From NCBI GenBank assembly GCA_951406725.2, contig OX597838.1:32984001-33048000 (forward strand): DNA of 64,000 bases, given 5' to 3'. Positions 14,850-28,634 of the stretch are shown one piece after another; positions within the stretch are counted from its first letter, which is position 1; every line of letters begins with the position of its first letter. The DNA is from Octopus vulgaris (lineage: Eukaryota). The position numbers were made by a program, and so were the translations under genes. The notes beneath the pieces were generated by a model. That model saw nothing but the letters and a program-made list of their open reading frames with translations, was not told the origin of the DNA and searched no databases.

Positions 14850-15230
14850 CTTAAGCACTCCGTCAGTTACGACGACGAGGGTTCCGGTTGATCTGATCAA
14901 CAGAACAGCCTGCTCGTGAAATTAACGTGTAAGTGGCTGAGCACTCCACAGACACGTGTACCCTTAACGTAGTTCTCGGGGATATTCAGCGTGACACAGA
15001 GAGTGACAAGGCCGGCCCTTTGAAATACAAGTACAACAGAAACAGGAAGTAAGAGTGAGAGAAAGTTGTGGTGAAAGAGTACAGCAGGGATCACCACCAT
15101 CCCTGCCGGAGCCTCGTGGAGCTTTAGGTGTTTTCGCTCAATAAACACTCACAACGCCCGGTCTGGGAATCGAAACCGCGATCCTACGACCGCGAGTCCG
15201 CTGCCCTAACCACTGGGCCATTGCGCCTCC
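14850..15230 (-). mobile_element. SINE family C
   Basis: Head GGAGGCGCAATGGCCCAGTGGTTAGGGCAGCGGACTCGCGG on the minus strand; matches 48159. Confidence 0.8.
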
Positions 15231-15521
15231 ACTTTACTATATATATATATGTAAAAATATATATTACGGTTGTATATTTTGCTATCTGTATAGAGATAGA
15301 GGTCTGGCGGTACATTTTGCTATTCTGTGTGGAGAATCTGTTTGGATTCTGTTTCAACACACGATTTCACCACAAGAATTTTGCAAACCAAATACAAACC
15401 CGAGACAACAGCAAATTCTCAGAATTAACGAAAAAAAAAGACAAGTTGATAAAAAATGCAAAAACGCACAAGCAGAACTACAAATACATACACACACACA
15501 CACATATACTCATGTATACAA

Positions 15522-15567
<46 letters not shown>

Positions 15568-15609
15568 ATGGTCAACAGTATATATACATACATACATTGC
15601 TGAGACTGA

Positions 15610-15920
15610 CCATGGGATTGCACCTAGAAAGTTACCCTCCAAGGCACAAGTCCAGGCAAGGTTGTTTATGGAAGACCAGCAGTCGCCCATGCATACCAGC
15701 CTCCCCTCTCCACACCACTGATGTTATCCAAGGGAAAGGCAAAAGCGGATACAGCTTGGCACCAGTGATGTCACAACTCATTTCTACAGCCGAGTGAACT
15801 GGAGCAACGTGAAATAAAGTGTCTTGCTCAAGTACACAACACGCAGCCCGGTCCGGGATTCGAACTCACAATCTCCCGATCGCGAGCTCGACGCTCTTAC
15901 CACTGAGCCATGCGCCTTCA
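15610..15920 (-). mobile_element. SINE family D
   Basis: Reverse complement of the 41572-41910 type. Confidence 0.8.
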
Positions 15921-15931
15921 CTATACATACA

Positions 15932-15993
<62 letters not shown>

Positions 15994-16644
15994 GTGAAAT
16001 AGAAAGATGAATAATCTTGTAGTAGATTAATCAAAAGTTAATCTGGCTTTTAAATAGCGTTTATAAATAATACCGGCACCCATAGCCCTTGGTAACAAAT
16101 TCTGAAATAGCCTTTAAGATATCTACGATTAACCACTGCAAGGGGAATTACTCCTGTAAGACAAACGGGGCTTGGTTTTTTCACAGCGGGGGGTTTCCTT
16201 GACAAGGCAGGTTTAGATGAGAACACACACACACATAAAACATGATGTATATTTTTTTTTTCTGCCACCCAACGGTCATCACGGCAGTAGCCACTGACAG
16301 CCGAACGATCAAACGCACACACGTACACAAAAAATGTTTTCTACCCCTACGCCAACACACACGTATATAGAACAGCATACACACACACACGTCTCTAAGT
16401 AGATTTTTTCTCGCCCCTTATAAAACATCCAATATTCCTTAAATAGTCAGAACTTTATTCTCGGTCACAAAGAACATCTACGCCCCCTCACCCACATGAT
16501 TGACCGATGCCTGACCCGTTGAATTCTTCAGCCACCGGTTCTCAACATACACTGATAAACAGTTTCGCCATGGGCTCTTAGGAGCATAGTTCGATTTGTT
16601 TTTGCTCCGCCTCTGTTCTGTTTTTGTTTTTCCAACGGATTTCC

Positions 16645-16738
16645 TATTTTCTTCCTGAAGAGAAAGACACAATATGGTCCCATTATTCCATCGGATTTTG
16701 GTAATTTGTGCCTTTCGAAACACGTGTAGAATGAAATA
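16645..16738 (+). ncRNA. Type I hammerhead ribozyme with canonical core
   Basis: TTC-CTGAAGA-GAAAGACACAA...TTGTGCCTTTC-GAAA-CACGTG-TA-GAA; 10 of 11 pairs in stem II; palindromic stem III typical of PLE HHRs; (TA)n follows at 16795. Confidence 0.8.
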
Positions 16739-16793
16739 AAACGATTTCTGTTCAATCTGCGTTCAGCTCCATTTCTTCAATTCACCAATAATG

Positions 16794-16861
<68 letters not shown>

Positions 16862-16863
<2 letters not shown>

Positions 16864-18378
16864 CAAAATATGAAGTTATATCTTGAGTGACAACAACGCT
16901 CAAGATATGCAACGGACTGGAAATAGTAGTGCTCTAATGAACTGTATACACTTTTTTTTATGCGAGGGGAGGCAATGCGAGCAACAACTAAAGGAACGTT
17001 ACAAAATCCACAGAAAGATCAAACACATACAAATATTCATATATTCATTTATATCTATAAAGCCCGACGTTTAAAAATTTAAAAATTTAGTAATATATAA
17101 ATATATGATATAAAAATATAAATTTTGCATATAATGCCTTGAATTTACGATTAAAACATTTAGTATAAATTTGTTACAATAAAAGAAATAAAAATAATAA
17201 TAAATAAAAAATAAAGCATACAATGACATAACAAAAGACGAATTAAAATTCTAGAGAAATGTTCATAGTAGATAATAATTATACAAGTTTACAAAATACA
17301 AGTTTACAAAGATACATAGAAGTCCGGAAACGCGCCAATTAATATGAGACATATCATATATTTAAAATTGACACTCCCCTCGTCAGGATGTCCTATACGC
17401 ACAACACATAGTATACGGGAACAAATGCACAATTACATAGCGGCTATATTCAGAAACGAGACATTACGTTCTCCCAGAAATTCTCATCGATCCTGAATGC
17501 TACTTTATACGCATATAATTCGATCCAGCAGCAATAGTAAATGGTATGCACACAGCGCCATCTGGACCATTTCACTTCTGCACTTATTTTATTTTATTTC
17601 AATCTTATAAATTCTCACATACATGCAAAGCCACATATTCGAGTTCAAGTCCTTGACACATTGTATACTAATAGCTATTTTTTTCTTTTAATAATTACAT
17701 TACGATACTTTAATTTTATTTCATTTACTACTTACTATATTTACTAAATTTAATTCAATTTTTATTGCTTAGCTCTAACTTTTATTGCTATTTCTATTTC
17801 TAAATTTCTTATGGAACGTCGAGTGGATCTTATGCGTACTCGCTGGTATTGCATCAGTGAACTTATTTAACATTGCGTTGTTTCAATATAGTATATGCTT
17901 CCCTTATGCACAAACCGCATCTAGTGGACCCAATTCTATAAGAGGAGGCATGCGCAAGGATAGCCCATGATATTTTAAATTCAACATTCCTTTCCTTAAG
18001 GTCATTAACATGTAATGCCAATGTTGTAGAGGTCCTATATTTAGGATTGTTGAAAGTGCTCAGATGGGATCTATACCTCTGCTTAAAGTCTACCGTGCTT
18101 CCAATATATATTTTTCTCTGGCCTCCTTGAGCCTCAACACTACATTTATAAATTACATTTTCCTGGCGACAGTTTCCGCTAATCGGATATACTGATGGGT
18201 CCCTACAATTAAATTTCTTCAACCTGTTACGGGGTCTCGTATTACTGATCACTCCGAAACCATGCCCCCTCCAAGTACTATGATCCATCATATTATTTAC
18301 ACCATCGTTCATACCATTTTCCGGTATATTTATTCCGTTGTTATTCTTAGTATTACCATCATTATTATTTTTATTACC

Positions 18379-18380
<2 letters not shown>
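16862..18380 (-). mobile_element. 5'-truncated Penelope-like element (endonuclease region plus about 1 kb 3' non-coding region) between (TA)n tracts
   Basis: Contains the GIY-YIG remnant; both ends abut (TA)n; extent of the 3' region is inferred. Confidence 0.7.
17863..18240 (-). pseudogene. GIY-YIG endonuclease domain of a PLE (Naiad-like cysteine pattern)
   Basis: [25 protein letters not shown]...IYIGSTVDFKQRYRSH...STTLALH...ISWAIL...CGLCIRE; the upstream part of the listed ORF is microsatellite. Confidence 0.85.
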
Positions 18381-18427
<47 letters not shown>

Positions 18428-18447
18428 TTATCTACATACATACAAAC

Positions 18448-18501
<54 letters not shown>

Positions 18502-18607
18502 TTATCTACATACATACAAACATACATACATACATACATATATACATATATACATACATGCATACATACATACCTACATACACACATACACACATACATA
18601 CATACAT

Positions 18608-18665
<58 letters not shown>

Positions 18666-18961
18666 TTTAGAGACAAACCGCTATTTAGTTATTCCATCAA
18701 CAGTGAAAAGATATTATCTATAATGACCACATAGAAATTAATTAAATATCTTATAATTATTATTCTAAAACTACATTGTTACAGACTCTGCTTGTCACAG
18801 ATTTTTTGTTTTTATGGGGTCAGTTTTTAATTTATAGGCTAGTTTATCAAATCCTTGTATATCTAAGGCTGAGAGAACAAAGGGGTAGTATCTGTTAGGG
18901 TTTAGAGTTGAGGGAGCAGACAGAAATCATAGTTGATATATAAATATATATGTTCTCTCAC

Positions 18962-19040
<79 letters not shown>

Positions 19041-19090
19041 TGTATGTATGTATGTATGTATGTTTGTATGTATGTATGTATGTATGTATG

Positions 19091-19172
<82 letters not shown>

Positions 19173-19303
19173 GAGTCACGTAAGGATGATCTGATGTACT
19201 TTGTAGTTCTCTGTCCAGACAGCTGGCCAGAACATCACAAACGACAAACTGATGCGTAAAAGCCATTAACAACTTCCTTGAAGGAAAAAAAATTGTGAAG
19301 AAA

Positions 19304-19373
<70 letters not shown>

Positions 19374-19429
19374 GAAGAAGAAGAAGAAGAAGAAGAACAA
19401 CAACAACAACAATAACAATAATAATTATA

Positions 19430-19645
19430 ATAATCCTTTCTACAATAGGTACAAAGCCTGAAATTTGGTCTGGCTAAGTCGATTACATAGACCCTAGGGC
19501 GTAACTGGTACTTAATTTATCAACCCCAAAAGGATGAAAGGTAAAGTCGACCTCGGTGGAATTTGAACTCAGAACGTAAAGACGGACGAAATGCCGCTAA
19601 GCATTTTCCGGCATGCTAACGATTCTGCCGGCTCAGCGCCTTAAA
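19430..19645 (-). mobile_element. SINE family A
   Basis: Similarity to other copies. Confidence 0.8.
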
Positions 19646-19680
19646 TGATGATGATGATGATGATGATGATGATTATGATA

Positions 19681-19718
<38 letters not shown>

Positions 19719-19744
19719 AATAATAATAATAATAATCATGCACA

Positions 19745-20195
19745 TTGGTTTGTCTTCATATAAAAGATGGGCTACAGCAAATATTCTGCTCAATACCACA
19801 GATTTGCTTGTCCCTTAGTGGCAGACAATATGTGCATCTCTGATCACGAGCAGAAGTAGTGGGGGAGCATCATAGCCATGTGTTGAGAGGGATTCTTTGG
19901 GGTTTGAATAATTCACCTCTGGAAACATGGGTGTTTCGTTCAACATCCTTAAACAACCCGTATTCCGGGACCTTTTGAGCGGGATGGGTTACTCGACCAG
20001 AAGAAAATTCTAACTGGGCCCCACCTGCAAGGTCATGTGCTGTTTATCTTGATATGAGATCACCTTGTGACGCACATATGGTTGTGATGCATGCGCCTGG
20101 TGTACCCTTATCAGACGGGTAGTCATGGTGGGTATACTGGGCTTCATATATTTTACTCCAGTGTCACTTTGATGGCATGCACTGTTCTCTCATTC
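19745..20195 (+). mobile_element. Interspersed repeat ending in (TAA)n; second copy inverted at 39321-39448
   Basis: Shared ...GTGTCACTTTGATGGCATG.ACTG.TCTCTCA.TCAA-(TAA)n terminus in both copies; class not identified. Confidence 0.65.
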
Positions 20196-20252
<57 letters not shown>

Positions 20253-20439
20253 CAAACATAATTTTCGTTTTTTTTCTTTCTTTTTTTTTTGACATTTACT
20301 AGTACAACACAAAATACAAAACCAAATATATGGCACACTAGGCATAACATCATCACGAACTTCCAACCTGTTGTCTCTTGAGGTCTGTGGGTGAGACTTG
20401 GAGCCTACTTGTACAAATATAAAGCAAAAGTCAAACATA

Positions 20440-20579
<140 letters not shown>

Positions 20580-20585
20580 GACAAC

Positions 20586-21330
20586 GGACCAACTGTATGA
20601 AGTGCAGAATAGACAACACTACCGATGGCGACAAATGCAGAATGGTCAAATGGTATTGTGAGAAGGGTCAAACGGTATTGTGAGAAGGGTCAAACGGTAT
20701 TGTGCATCGTTAGCGAATGCCTGAAATTGGCACAACGCAAATACAAAAGACGCCATAACAATGTGGCTAAAACGATCCATTGGGAGTTCTTGGAAATCAC
20801 AGCCTACAAGGAGCAAAGACGTGGTGTGAGAAAACTCCAGAAGGAGTCACCGAAAATGAGAATTGCAAAATCCTGTATGATGCAATGATCCAGTGCGATC
20901 ACCCGACCAGACATAGGAAAACTGGACATTGTTGTGGTGAATGAAAAAGAAGGAAGATGTATGATCATAGACATAACATACCCCGGTGACAACAGGATCA
21001 ATGTGAAAGAAGAAGAAGAAGAAGAAAAAACTATGACGATTTGAAGAGGGAGATACGAATGTTGTGGTCAATGAAGAGAGTAGTAGACGTGATACGAATA
21101 GTAATTGGTGAACTTGGAAGTATCAGCACTCAGCTACCAACATGGCTGGAAAAAGATTGGTGCAAGTGTAAAGGTAGAATACCTACAAAAATCAGCGTTG
21201 CTTGGAACTGCAAGAATTCTTCGCAGGGTTCTTGAAGCATGACCAGTAAACAAGTGACACCTTAGTCTACTGGCTGTGGACAGCTGACACTTTCCATAAT
21301 ACCCAGCAAAATAAGCTGGGAGTTTTCATA
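20586..21330 (+). pseudogene. 3' fragment of an R4/Dong-like non-LTR retrotransposon (zinc knuckle plus restriction-like endonuclease) within (TAA)n
   Basis: Frameshifted peptides RTNCMKCRIDNTTDGDKCRM, IVSECLKLAQRKYKRRHNNVAKTIHWE, LDIVVVNEKEGRCMIIDITYPGD, EIRMLWSMKRVVDVIRIVIGELG; (TAA)n on both sides. Confidence 0.85.
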
Positions 21331-21332
21331 TG

Positions 21333-21408
<76 letters not shown>

Positions 21409-21706
21409 TAATAATAATAATAATAATAACAATAATAATAATAATAACAACAACAACAATAATAATAATAATAATAATAACAATAATAACAATAATAATA
21501 ATAATAACAATAATAATAATAATAATAATAATAATGATAATAATAATAACAATAATAATAATAATAACAACAACAACAATAATAATAATAATAATAATAA
21601 TAACAATAATAATAATAATAATAATAATGATAATAATAATAACAATAATAATAATAATAATAATAATAACATCAACAACAACAACAACAACAACAATAAT
21701 AATAAC

Positions 21707-21741
<35 letters not shown>

Positions 21742-21948
21742 TAATAATAATAACAATAATAATAATAATATAATAATAACAATAATAATAATAATAACAA
21801 CAACAACAATAATAATAATAATAACAATAATAACAATAATAATAATAATAATAACAATAATAATAATAATAATAATAATGATAATAATAATAACAATAAT
21901 AACAATAATAATAATAATAACATCAACAACAACAACAACAACAACAAC

Positions 21949-21995
<47 letters not shown>
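21331..21995. repeat. Long (TAA/CAA)n trinucleotide array
   Basis: Direct reading. Confidence 0.95.
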
Positions 21996-21997
<2 letters not shown>

Positions 21998-22252
21998 TAT
22001 AACAAGACAAATAAACAAATAAAAAGAGCTAGTAAATAAATAGTTGACTTTGCATTTGATGTAGTCAGTGAGAAGGTCACGGAGGGTAATGGTGGTGGTG
22101 GAGGATAGCGAAGGGGAGGAGGAACTTGCAGACAGACGGTCTCGTGTGGCTTTGGAGTCACTTCAGAGAAGCTTTTTAAAAGTCTGGATTTCGTAACACA
22201 CACACACGCACACACACACGAACACACGCACACACGCACACATACACACACA

Positions 22253-22315
<63 letters not shown>

Positions 22316-22500
22316 TCACTCACTCACTCATTGAAAGACATTCTGATTTCTTAAATTTTTCAATCCTCTATCTCTGTCTATCCTTCTGTCTCTCTTTCTC
22401 TCTCTTTCATATTTCTCTCTCATTCCCTCTCTCTCTCATTCTCTTTCTTTCTCTCTCTCATTCTGTCTCTCTCTCTCTCCACACACACACTCACACTCAT

Positions 22501-22589
22501 ATTGAAGCTCTGATGAAACTATAGGGCAACACACAAGCACTCAAGTACGAGTGCATAGCACCCTACAGCGGAAACAGCTGTAAGCTAAT
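22501..22589 (+). ncRNA. Type I hammerhead motif with canonical core and extended stem II
   Basis: AGCT-CTGATGA-aaCTATAGGG...GCACTC(AAGTAC)GAGTGC...CCCTACAGcg-GAAA-CAGCTG-TA-AGCT; core-proximal stem II pairs are decayed. Confidence 0.75.
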
Positions 22590-22727
22590 GAAATTTATTA
22601 CATAATTTCTTGTTCTCATAACATTTATTTAATCTTCTCTCTTTGTCTCTTTCTCTCTGTATATATATATTTCTCTGTGTGTGTGTGTGTATAAATGTAT
22701 ATGTGTGTGTGTGTATTTATATATATA

Positions 22728-22964
22728 TTGGGTTGTTCGGAAAGTTCGTGCCGATTTATAGTAGCTTACCTTTCGACTTATTTTAGAACGTGGTTGAGTC
22801 CATAAAATAAGATTTGACTATACCTCCATTTAAAGTTAAAGGAAAGATAGATATTCATTGTGCAACAAAATGGTTCATGCTTGGTTGATTAAAAATGTAA
22901 TGGCAGGTATTTATTGACCTTTTTCTTTCCTTTAAATATCGGCACGAACTTTCCGCCAGTCTAT
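22728..22964. mobile_element. mariner-type MITE
   Basis: Terminal inverted repeats CGGAAAGTTCGTGCCGAT / ATCGGCACGAACTTTCCG; TA at the left end. Confidence 0.75.
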
Positions 22965-23140
22965 CGCGTGTGGTGGGTGGATCTTGAAGTTGCCACACGC
23001 ATTCTTAGTAGCTTAGAGTAGGCTCGAATTAGAGATTATTCTTTGTGGTTAATGGCGTGAGTCCTGATTGGAAGAAGAAGAAGAAGAAGAAGAAGAAGAA
23101 GAAGAAGAAGAAGAAGAAGAAGAAGAAGAAGAAGAAGAAG

Positions 23141-23169
<29 letters not shown>

Positions 23170-23172
<3 letters not shown>

Positions 23173-23347
23173 ACAAAACGGATTAAGTCGATTATATCGA
23201 CACCAGTATGTAACTGGTACTTATTTAATCGACCCCGAAAGGATGAAAGGCAAAGTCGACCTCGGCGGAATTTGAACTCAGAACGTTGCGGCAGACGAAA
23301 TACCGCTAAGCATTTCGCCCGGGGTGCTAACGATTCTGCCAGCCTTA
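23170..23347 (-). mobile_element. SINE family A between trinucleotide arrays
   Basis: Similarity to other copies. Confidence 0.85.
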
Positions 23348-23352
23348 ATATT

Positions 23353-23475
<123 letters not shown>

Positions 23476-23479
23476 AATA

Positions 23480-23514
<35 letters not shown>

Positions 23515-23536
23515 AATAATAATGATAATAATAATA

Positions 23537-23583
<47 letters not shown>

Positions 23584-23598
23584 AATGATGATAATAAC

Positions 23599-23676
<78 letters not shown>

Positions 23677-23744
23677 AAGAAGAAGAATCATCATCATCAT
23701 CATCATCATCCAAGGTGAGATCTAGCAAACATCGAGAAGAGAAG

Positions 23745-23885
23745 GCTGAATGTAGTAGGATTTCCAGGCTGAAATTTCTGAGCATCCAAGAGTACATTCC
23801 GTTGGCCATATCGACATCGTTGTTGATGCGTGCACTCCAGTTTAGATGGTCGTCTAAAGTTACACCTAAAGTCTCCCATATTATT
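23745..23885 (-). pseudogene. CR1/L2-like LINE RT C-terminal fragment
   Basis: TLGVTLDDHLNWSARINNDVDMANGMYSWMLRNF resembles the LGV.lD..L.W..HI...v.kAn..lgwi.R.F motif. Confidence 0.65.
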
Positions 23886-24371
23886 TCACGCCACGAGAAG
23901 CTCACCAGAGGAAAGAGAATATGGTTGTTTCAATACATATATTCTCTTTCCCAAACTGGACGAGCTCGAATTTTTCTTCTTTGTCAGCATGTTTCAGGTT
24001 TCGTTTTGTTTTGTTTTGTTTTCTTCTTGCTTATCGAATCCCAGCTTAGAGACCGGCCAAATACTTCCTTGATGACTTTCTGGAGCCAAGAACAAACTGC
24101 AAAGACGTTTTTCTTTTTTTTTTTTCAGATTTTATTATGCTATGTTTGATGACATTTGCAATGTTATTTGTATAAACAATAAGCAGAAAGTGGGCTTAAC
24201 ACACTACCCTGGGGGACACCACTAATTAATTTCGCGGGTCCTGAGTAAATTCTGTCGACCAGGCATATTGGGGTCTGCTTGTCAGGAATCATTTAATCCA
24301 CTGCAGTAACTTAGTACGGACTCCAATGTGTGCGCGTACATGTGTATAAGCATGCGCGCACACACACACAC

Positions 24372-24423
<52 letters not shown>

Positions 24424-24552
24424 ACACACATACACACACACACACACCACGCGCGCGCGTTCGTTTCAACTGGTCCCGGAACCCTATTACATTGGAACCT
24501 GTTACTCAGGGGGGTTCGCCAGTTCCCCAAACATTGGAAACTTAGACATACA

Positions 24553-24867
24553 CCTTTTACTTGTTTCAGTCATTTGACTGTGGCCATGCTGGGGCACTGC
24601 CTTTTAGTAAAGCAAATCGACCCCAGGGCTTATTCTTTGTAAGCCTAGTAGTTATTCTATCTGTCTTTTCTTTTGCCGAACCGCTAAGTTACGGGGACGT
24701 AAACACACCAGCATCGGTTGTCAAGCGATGTTGGGGGTCAAACACAGACACACAAACACACACACATACACACATATATATATATACATATATACGACGG
24801 GCTTCTTTCAGTTTCCTTCTACCAAATCCACTCACAAGGGTTTGGTCGGCCCGAGGCTATAGTAGAA

Positions 24868-24939
<72 letters not shown>

Positions 24940-24990
24940 TATGTATATATATGTATATATATATATATACATACATACACACACACACAT

Positions 24991-25022
<32 letters not shown>

Positions 25023-25410
25023 GTATGTATATATATATATATACACACATATACATATATACGACAGGCTTCTTTCAGTTTCCGCCTACCAAATCCACTC
25101 TCAAGGCTTCGGTCGGCCCGAGGCTATAGTAGAAAACATTTGCCCAAGATATCATGCACTGGGACTGAACCCGGAACCATGTGGTTGGTAAGCAAGCTAC
25201 TTCCCACACAGCCACTCCTACGCCTATGTGTAAATACATATTATATACGATGGGCTTCTTTCAGTTTCTTTCTACCAAATCCACTCACGAGGCTTTGGTC
25301 GGCTCGACGCTAAAGCAGAAGACACTTGTACAAAGTGTCATGCAGTGGGACTGACTCCGTAACGATCTGGTTGGGAAGCAGACTTCTTACCACAGGGCCA
25401 CGCCTGCACC
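24553..25410 (-). mobile_element. Three adjacent SINE family B segments
   Basis: Repeated GGCTTCTTTCAGTTTC...CCAAATCCACTC..AAGG blocks. Confidence 0.8.
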
Positions 25411-25499
25411 TTTGATAAAAATCAAAACAATTTATATTAAGATGTCTAACTCATGCAGCTGTAGAATGGCATGTTATAAACAAGAGTTTCCTTTTAGGA

Positions 25500-25870
25500 G
25501 CTTACAAATAAACATACATATACAACGTGCATTTCAGAAGCTTTTTTTTTCGGAAGTACAAAACTCTATTCTCCTTCAAAGTAAGACCGTCCAACTTCAA
25601 TGCACTTGTAGCTCTCCGGTCACTTCGTGAAGGGCACAAGGAATTCCTGCAAACATTGGAGGTGTCCAGAACCATAGTTCAACCTCCTTTATCTATTTAT
25701 TCAGATTGAAAACAACTAAAAATCACAAGGGGCAAGGTTCTGGGCTGTAGGGAGGGTGAGGGACAATTTTGATGCACATCTCTATGAAGTCGTTGGTTAC
25801 CAGGATAGAATTGTGGATTGGTACACTATCCTGGTGCAGCCGCTTTATCCTGTGTGACGAAATCTTTTCG
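25500..25870 (-). pseudogene. mariner transposase catalytic-domain fragment
   Basis: Minus strand LHQDSVPIHNSILVTNDFIEMCIKIVPHPPYSPE matches LHxDNAPxH...HPPYSPDL. Confidence 0.75.
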
Positions 25871-26126
25871 TAAACTCCTTCAAAATCTTCACAAAGTTCT
25901 CTTTATGGCCAGAGGGAACCCAGTGGATGTAGAGGATTCCCTTGCTATTGAAAAAGGCGATTACTATAAGCTTTGTGAATTTATTCTCCTACATACAGAA
26001 ACTAGCTTTACACAGAAACAGGAGTGGATAAACACATATACACTCACTCACACATACATACATACATACATACATACATACATACATACATACATACATA
26101 CATACATACATACATACATACATACA

Positions 26127-26540
26127 GGCGGCGAGCTGGCAGAATCGTTAGCGCGCCGGGCGAAATGCTTAGTGGTATTTCGTCTGCCGTTACGTTCTGA
26201 GTTCAAATTCCGCCGAGGTCGACTTTGCCTTTCATCCTTTCGGAGTCGATTAAATAAGTGCTAGTTACGCACTGGGGTCGATGTTATCGACTTAATCCGT
26301 TTCTCTGTCCTTGTTTGTCCCCTCTGTGTTTAGCCCCTTGTGGGTAGTAAAGAAATAGGTATTTCGTCTGCCGTTACGTTCTGAGTTCAAATTCCGCCGA
26401 TGTCGACTTTACCTTTCATCCTTTTGGAGTCGATAAATAAAGTACCAGTTACGCACTGGGGTCGATGTAATCGACTTCATCCCTTTGTCTGTCCTTGTTT
26501 GTCCCCTCTGTGTTTAGCCCCTTGTGGGCAATAAAGAAAT
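26127..26540 (+). mobile_element. SINE family A tandem dimer
   Basis: Full unit followed by a unit lacking the first about 45 nt. Confidence 0.85.
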
Positions 26541-26594
26541 ATACATACATACATACATACATACATACATACATACATACATACATACATAAGC

Positions 26595-27480
26595 ACATTG
26601 CTTAAATACCAATCTTGAGAAATTAGGCTTCTGAAGACCAGAAAGGGGAAAGCCAATTGAAAGATGGCGGCCTGCATGGAAAGGTAAGCATGCGACACTA
26701 CGTCCGAAGACAATAAAAACTTGTCATGCAAAGCTGATGACCACGGGCTCTGTGAACGATGCAGGAAGAAGTGGCCGTCCAACCACATCCTGATCAGCGG
26801 AGAACGTGGCAACAGTGCAGGAAATGTTTAAACACAGCCCGCAAAAATCAACACGCCAAGCAGTTCGTGAAAGTAGACTAACAAGACACACAATACATCA
26901 TCATCGTTTAACATCCGTTTTCCATGCTAGCATGGGTTGGACGGCTTAACTGGGGTGTGGGAAGCCCAAAGGCTGTACCAGGCCAGTCAGATCTGGCGGT
27001 GTTTCTACAGCTGGATGCCCTTCCTAACGCCAACCACTCCATGAGTGTAGTATGGTTTGAATTTTTGCCCGTGGAAACCCCATAACGTGCAAGAGCTAAA
27101 ACCTGAAGACTGTGACCGCAGAAGTCCAAAAGTCCAGAACTCCAACAAGTCCAGATCTCACTCCATGTGATTTTTATCTGCAGGGTTACACAAAAGGGGA
27201 GGTGTACAAGACAAAACCTCGCACACTAGAGAACTTGGAAACACGGATTCAGAAGGTTCTCAATGATATCCCAGACGACGTCCTTCAGGAGGTCGTTCAT
27301 TCTATCCCTGGCCGTTTGAGGAAATTGGTGACGCCACCGGTGCTTCCGTTGAAATAGGAAGATTGACTTCCCCTTTTCCTATGTAATAAAGAACATGGAT
27401 CATTTGTTTCAATAAATTTGTAAAAGGAATATGGACTTTATTACCAGTTTTTAATGCCTACTTATTTTTCACCCACCCTG
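26595..27480 (+). mobile_element. Internally deleted Tc1/mariner-superfamily transposon with a retroposon-tail insertion (about 26897-27060)
   Basis: TGSVNDAGRSGRPTTS...SPQKSTRQ and PTSPDLTPCDFYLQGYTKGEVYKTKPRTLENLETRI; right end ...TTTTTCACCCACCCTG followed by TA. Confidence 0.85.
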
Positions 27481-27575
27481 TATATATGCATGTGTGTATG
27501 TGTGTACGTATGTATGTATGTATGTATGTATGTATGTATGTATGTATGTATGTGTCTGTGTGTGTGGTGTATATA

Positions 27576-27649
<74 letters not shown>

Positions 27650-27815
27650 AATATATATATACATATATACATATATACATATATACATACATATATATAT
27701 ATATACATATATATACATACATATACATATATATATATATATAAATATATATATATACATATATATATACATATATACACATATACATACATATATATAT
27801 ATATACATATATACA

Positions 27816-27892
<77 letters not shown>

Positions 27893-28161
27893 TCTGCACA
27901 TGCACATACACACATGCACGCACACACAAGCACTCACATTTTGTTATGGAGAAAAACGCATTCACTTTCTCTTTCACACGCTTACACCACACCACGCACA
28001 CACATAAACAGATTCCCCTCACACATACTCACGTACACAAACTCACTCAGACACACATGTACTAAACAACTTAGAAAACAAATAGAAAGTGACACACATA
28101 CATGTAAACATAGATTTCCCCACCACACACACACACACACACACATTCACACACACACACA

Positions 28162-28196
<35 letters not shown>

Positions 28197-28275
28197 TACT
28201 CATTCTTTTAAACATAAAACATATGACATGATGGCTGGGCTTAATAAATAAAAATCTCGGTTCTGTGTACAATGA

Positions 28276-28321
<46 letters not shown>

Positions 28322-28346
28322 CCATATGCGTGTGTATATGCATCCA

Positions 28347-28405
<59 letters not shown>

Positions 28406-28600
28406 ATGTATAGATGTATATATATATATACATATATGTATATATATATATATAATGTATATATACATATATGTATGTATGTATGTATGTGTATGTATAT
28501 ATATGTATATATACATATATGTACATGTATATGTATGCGTATATACATATGTATATATGATATAAATATATATATTCATGTTTATATATTTATATGTATG

Positions 28601-28634
<34 letters not shown>

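Noticed and set aside
17315-17392. Minus-strand CTGACGA followed by a long hairpin in the PLE 3' region (HHR or SECIS candidate)
   Set aside because: GGAC replaces GAAA and no stem I/III closes; SECIS quartet geometry does not fit and no in-frame TGA is seen in the remnant ORF
26655-26675. YY1-like AAGATGGCGGC and CTCF-like CCAGATGGCGCTG (minus, about 17553-17565)
   Set aside because: Single short motifs inside transposon relics with no supporting evidence
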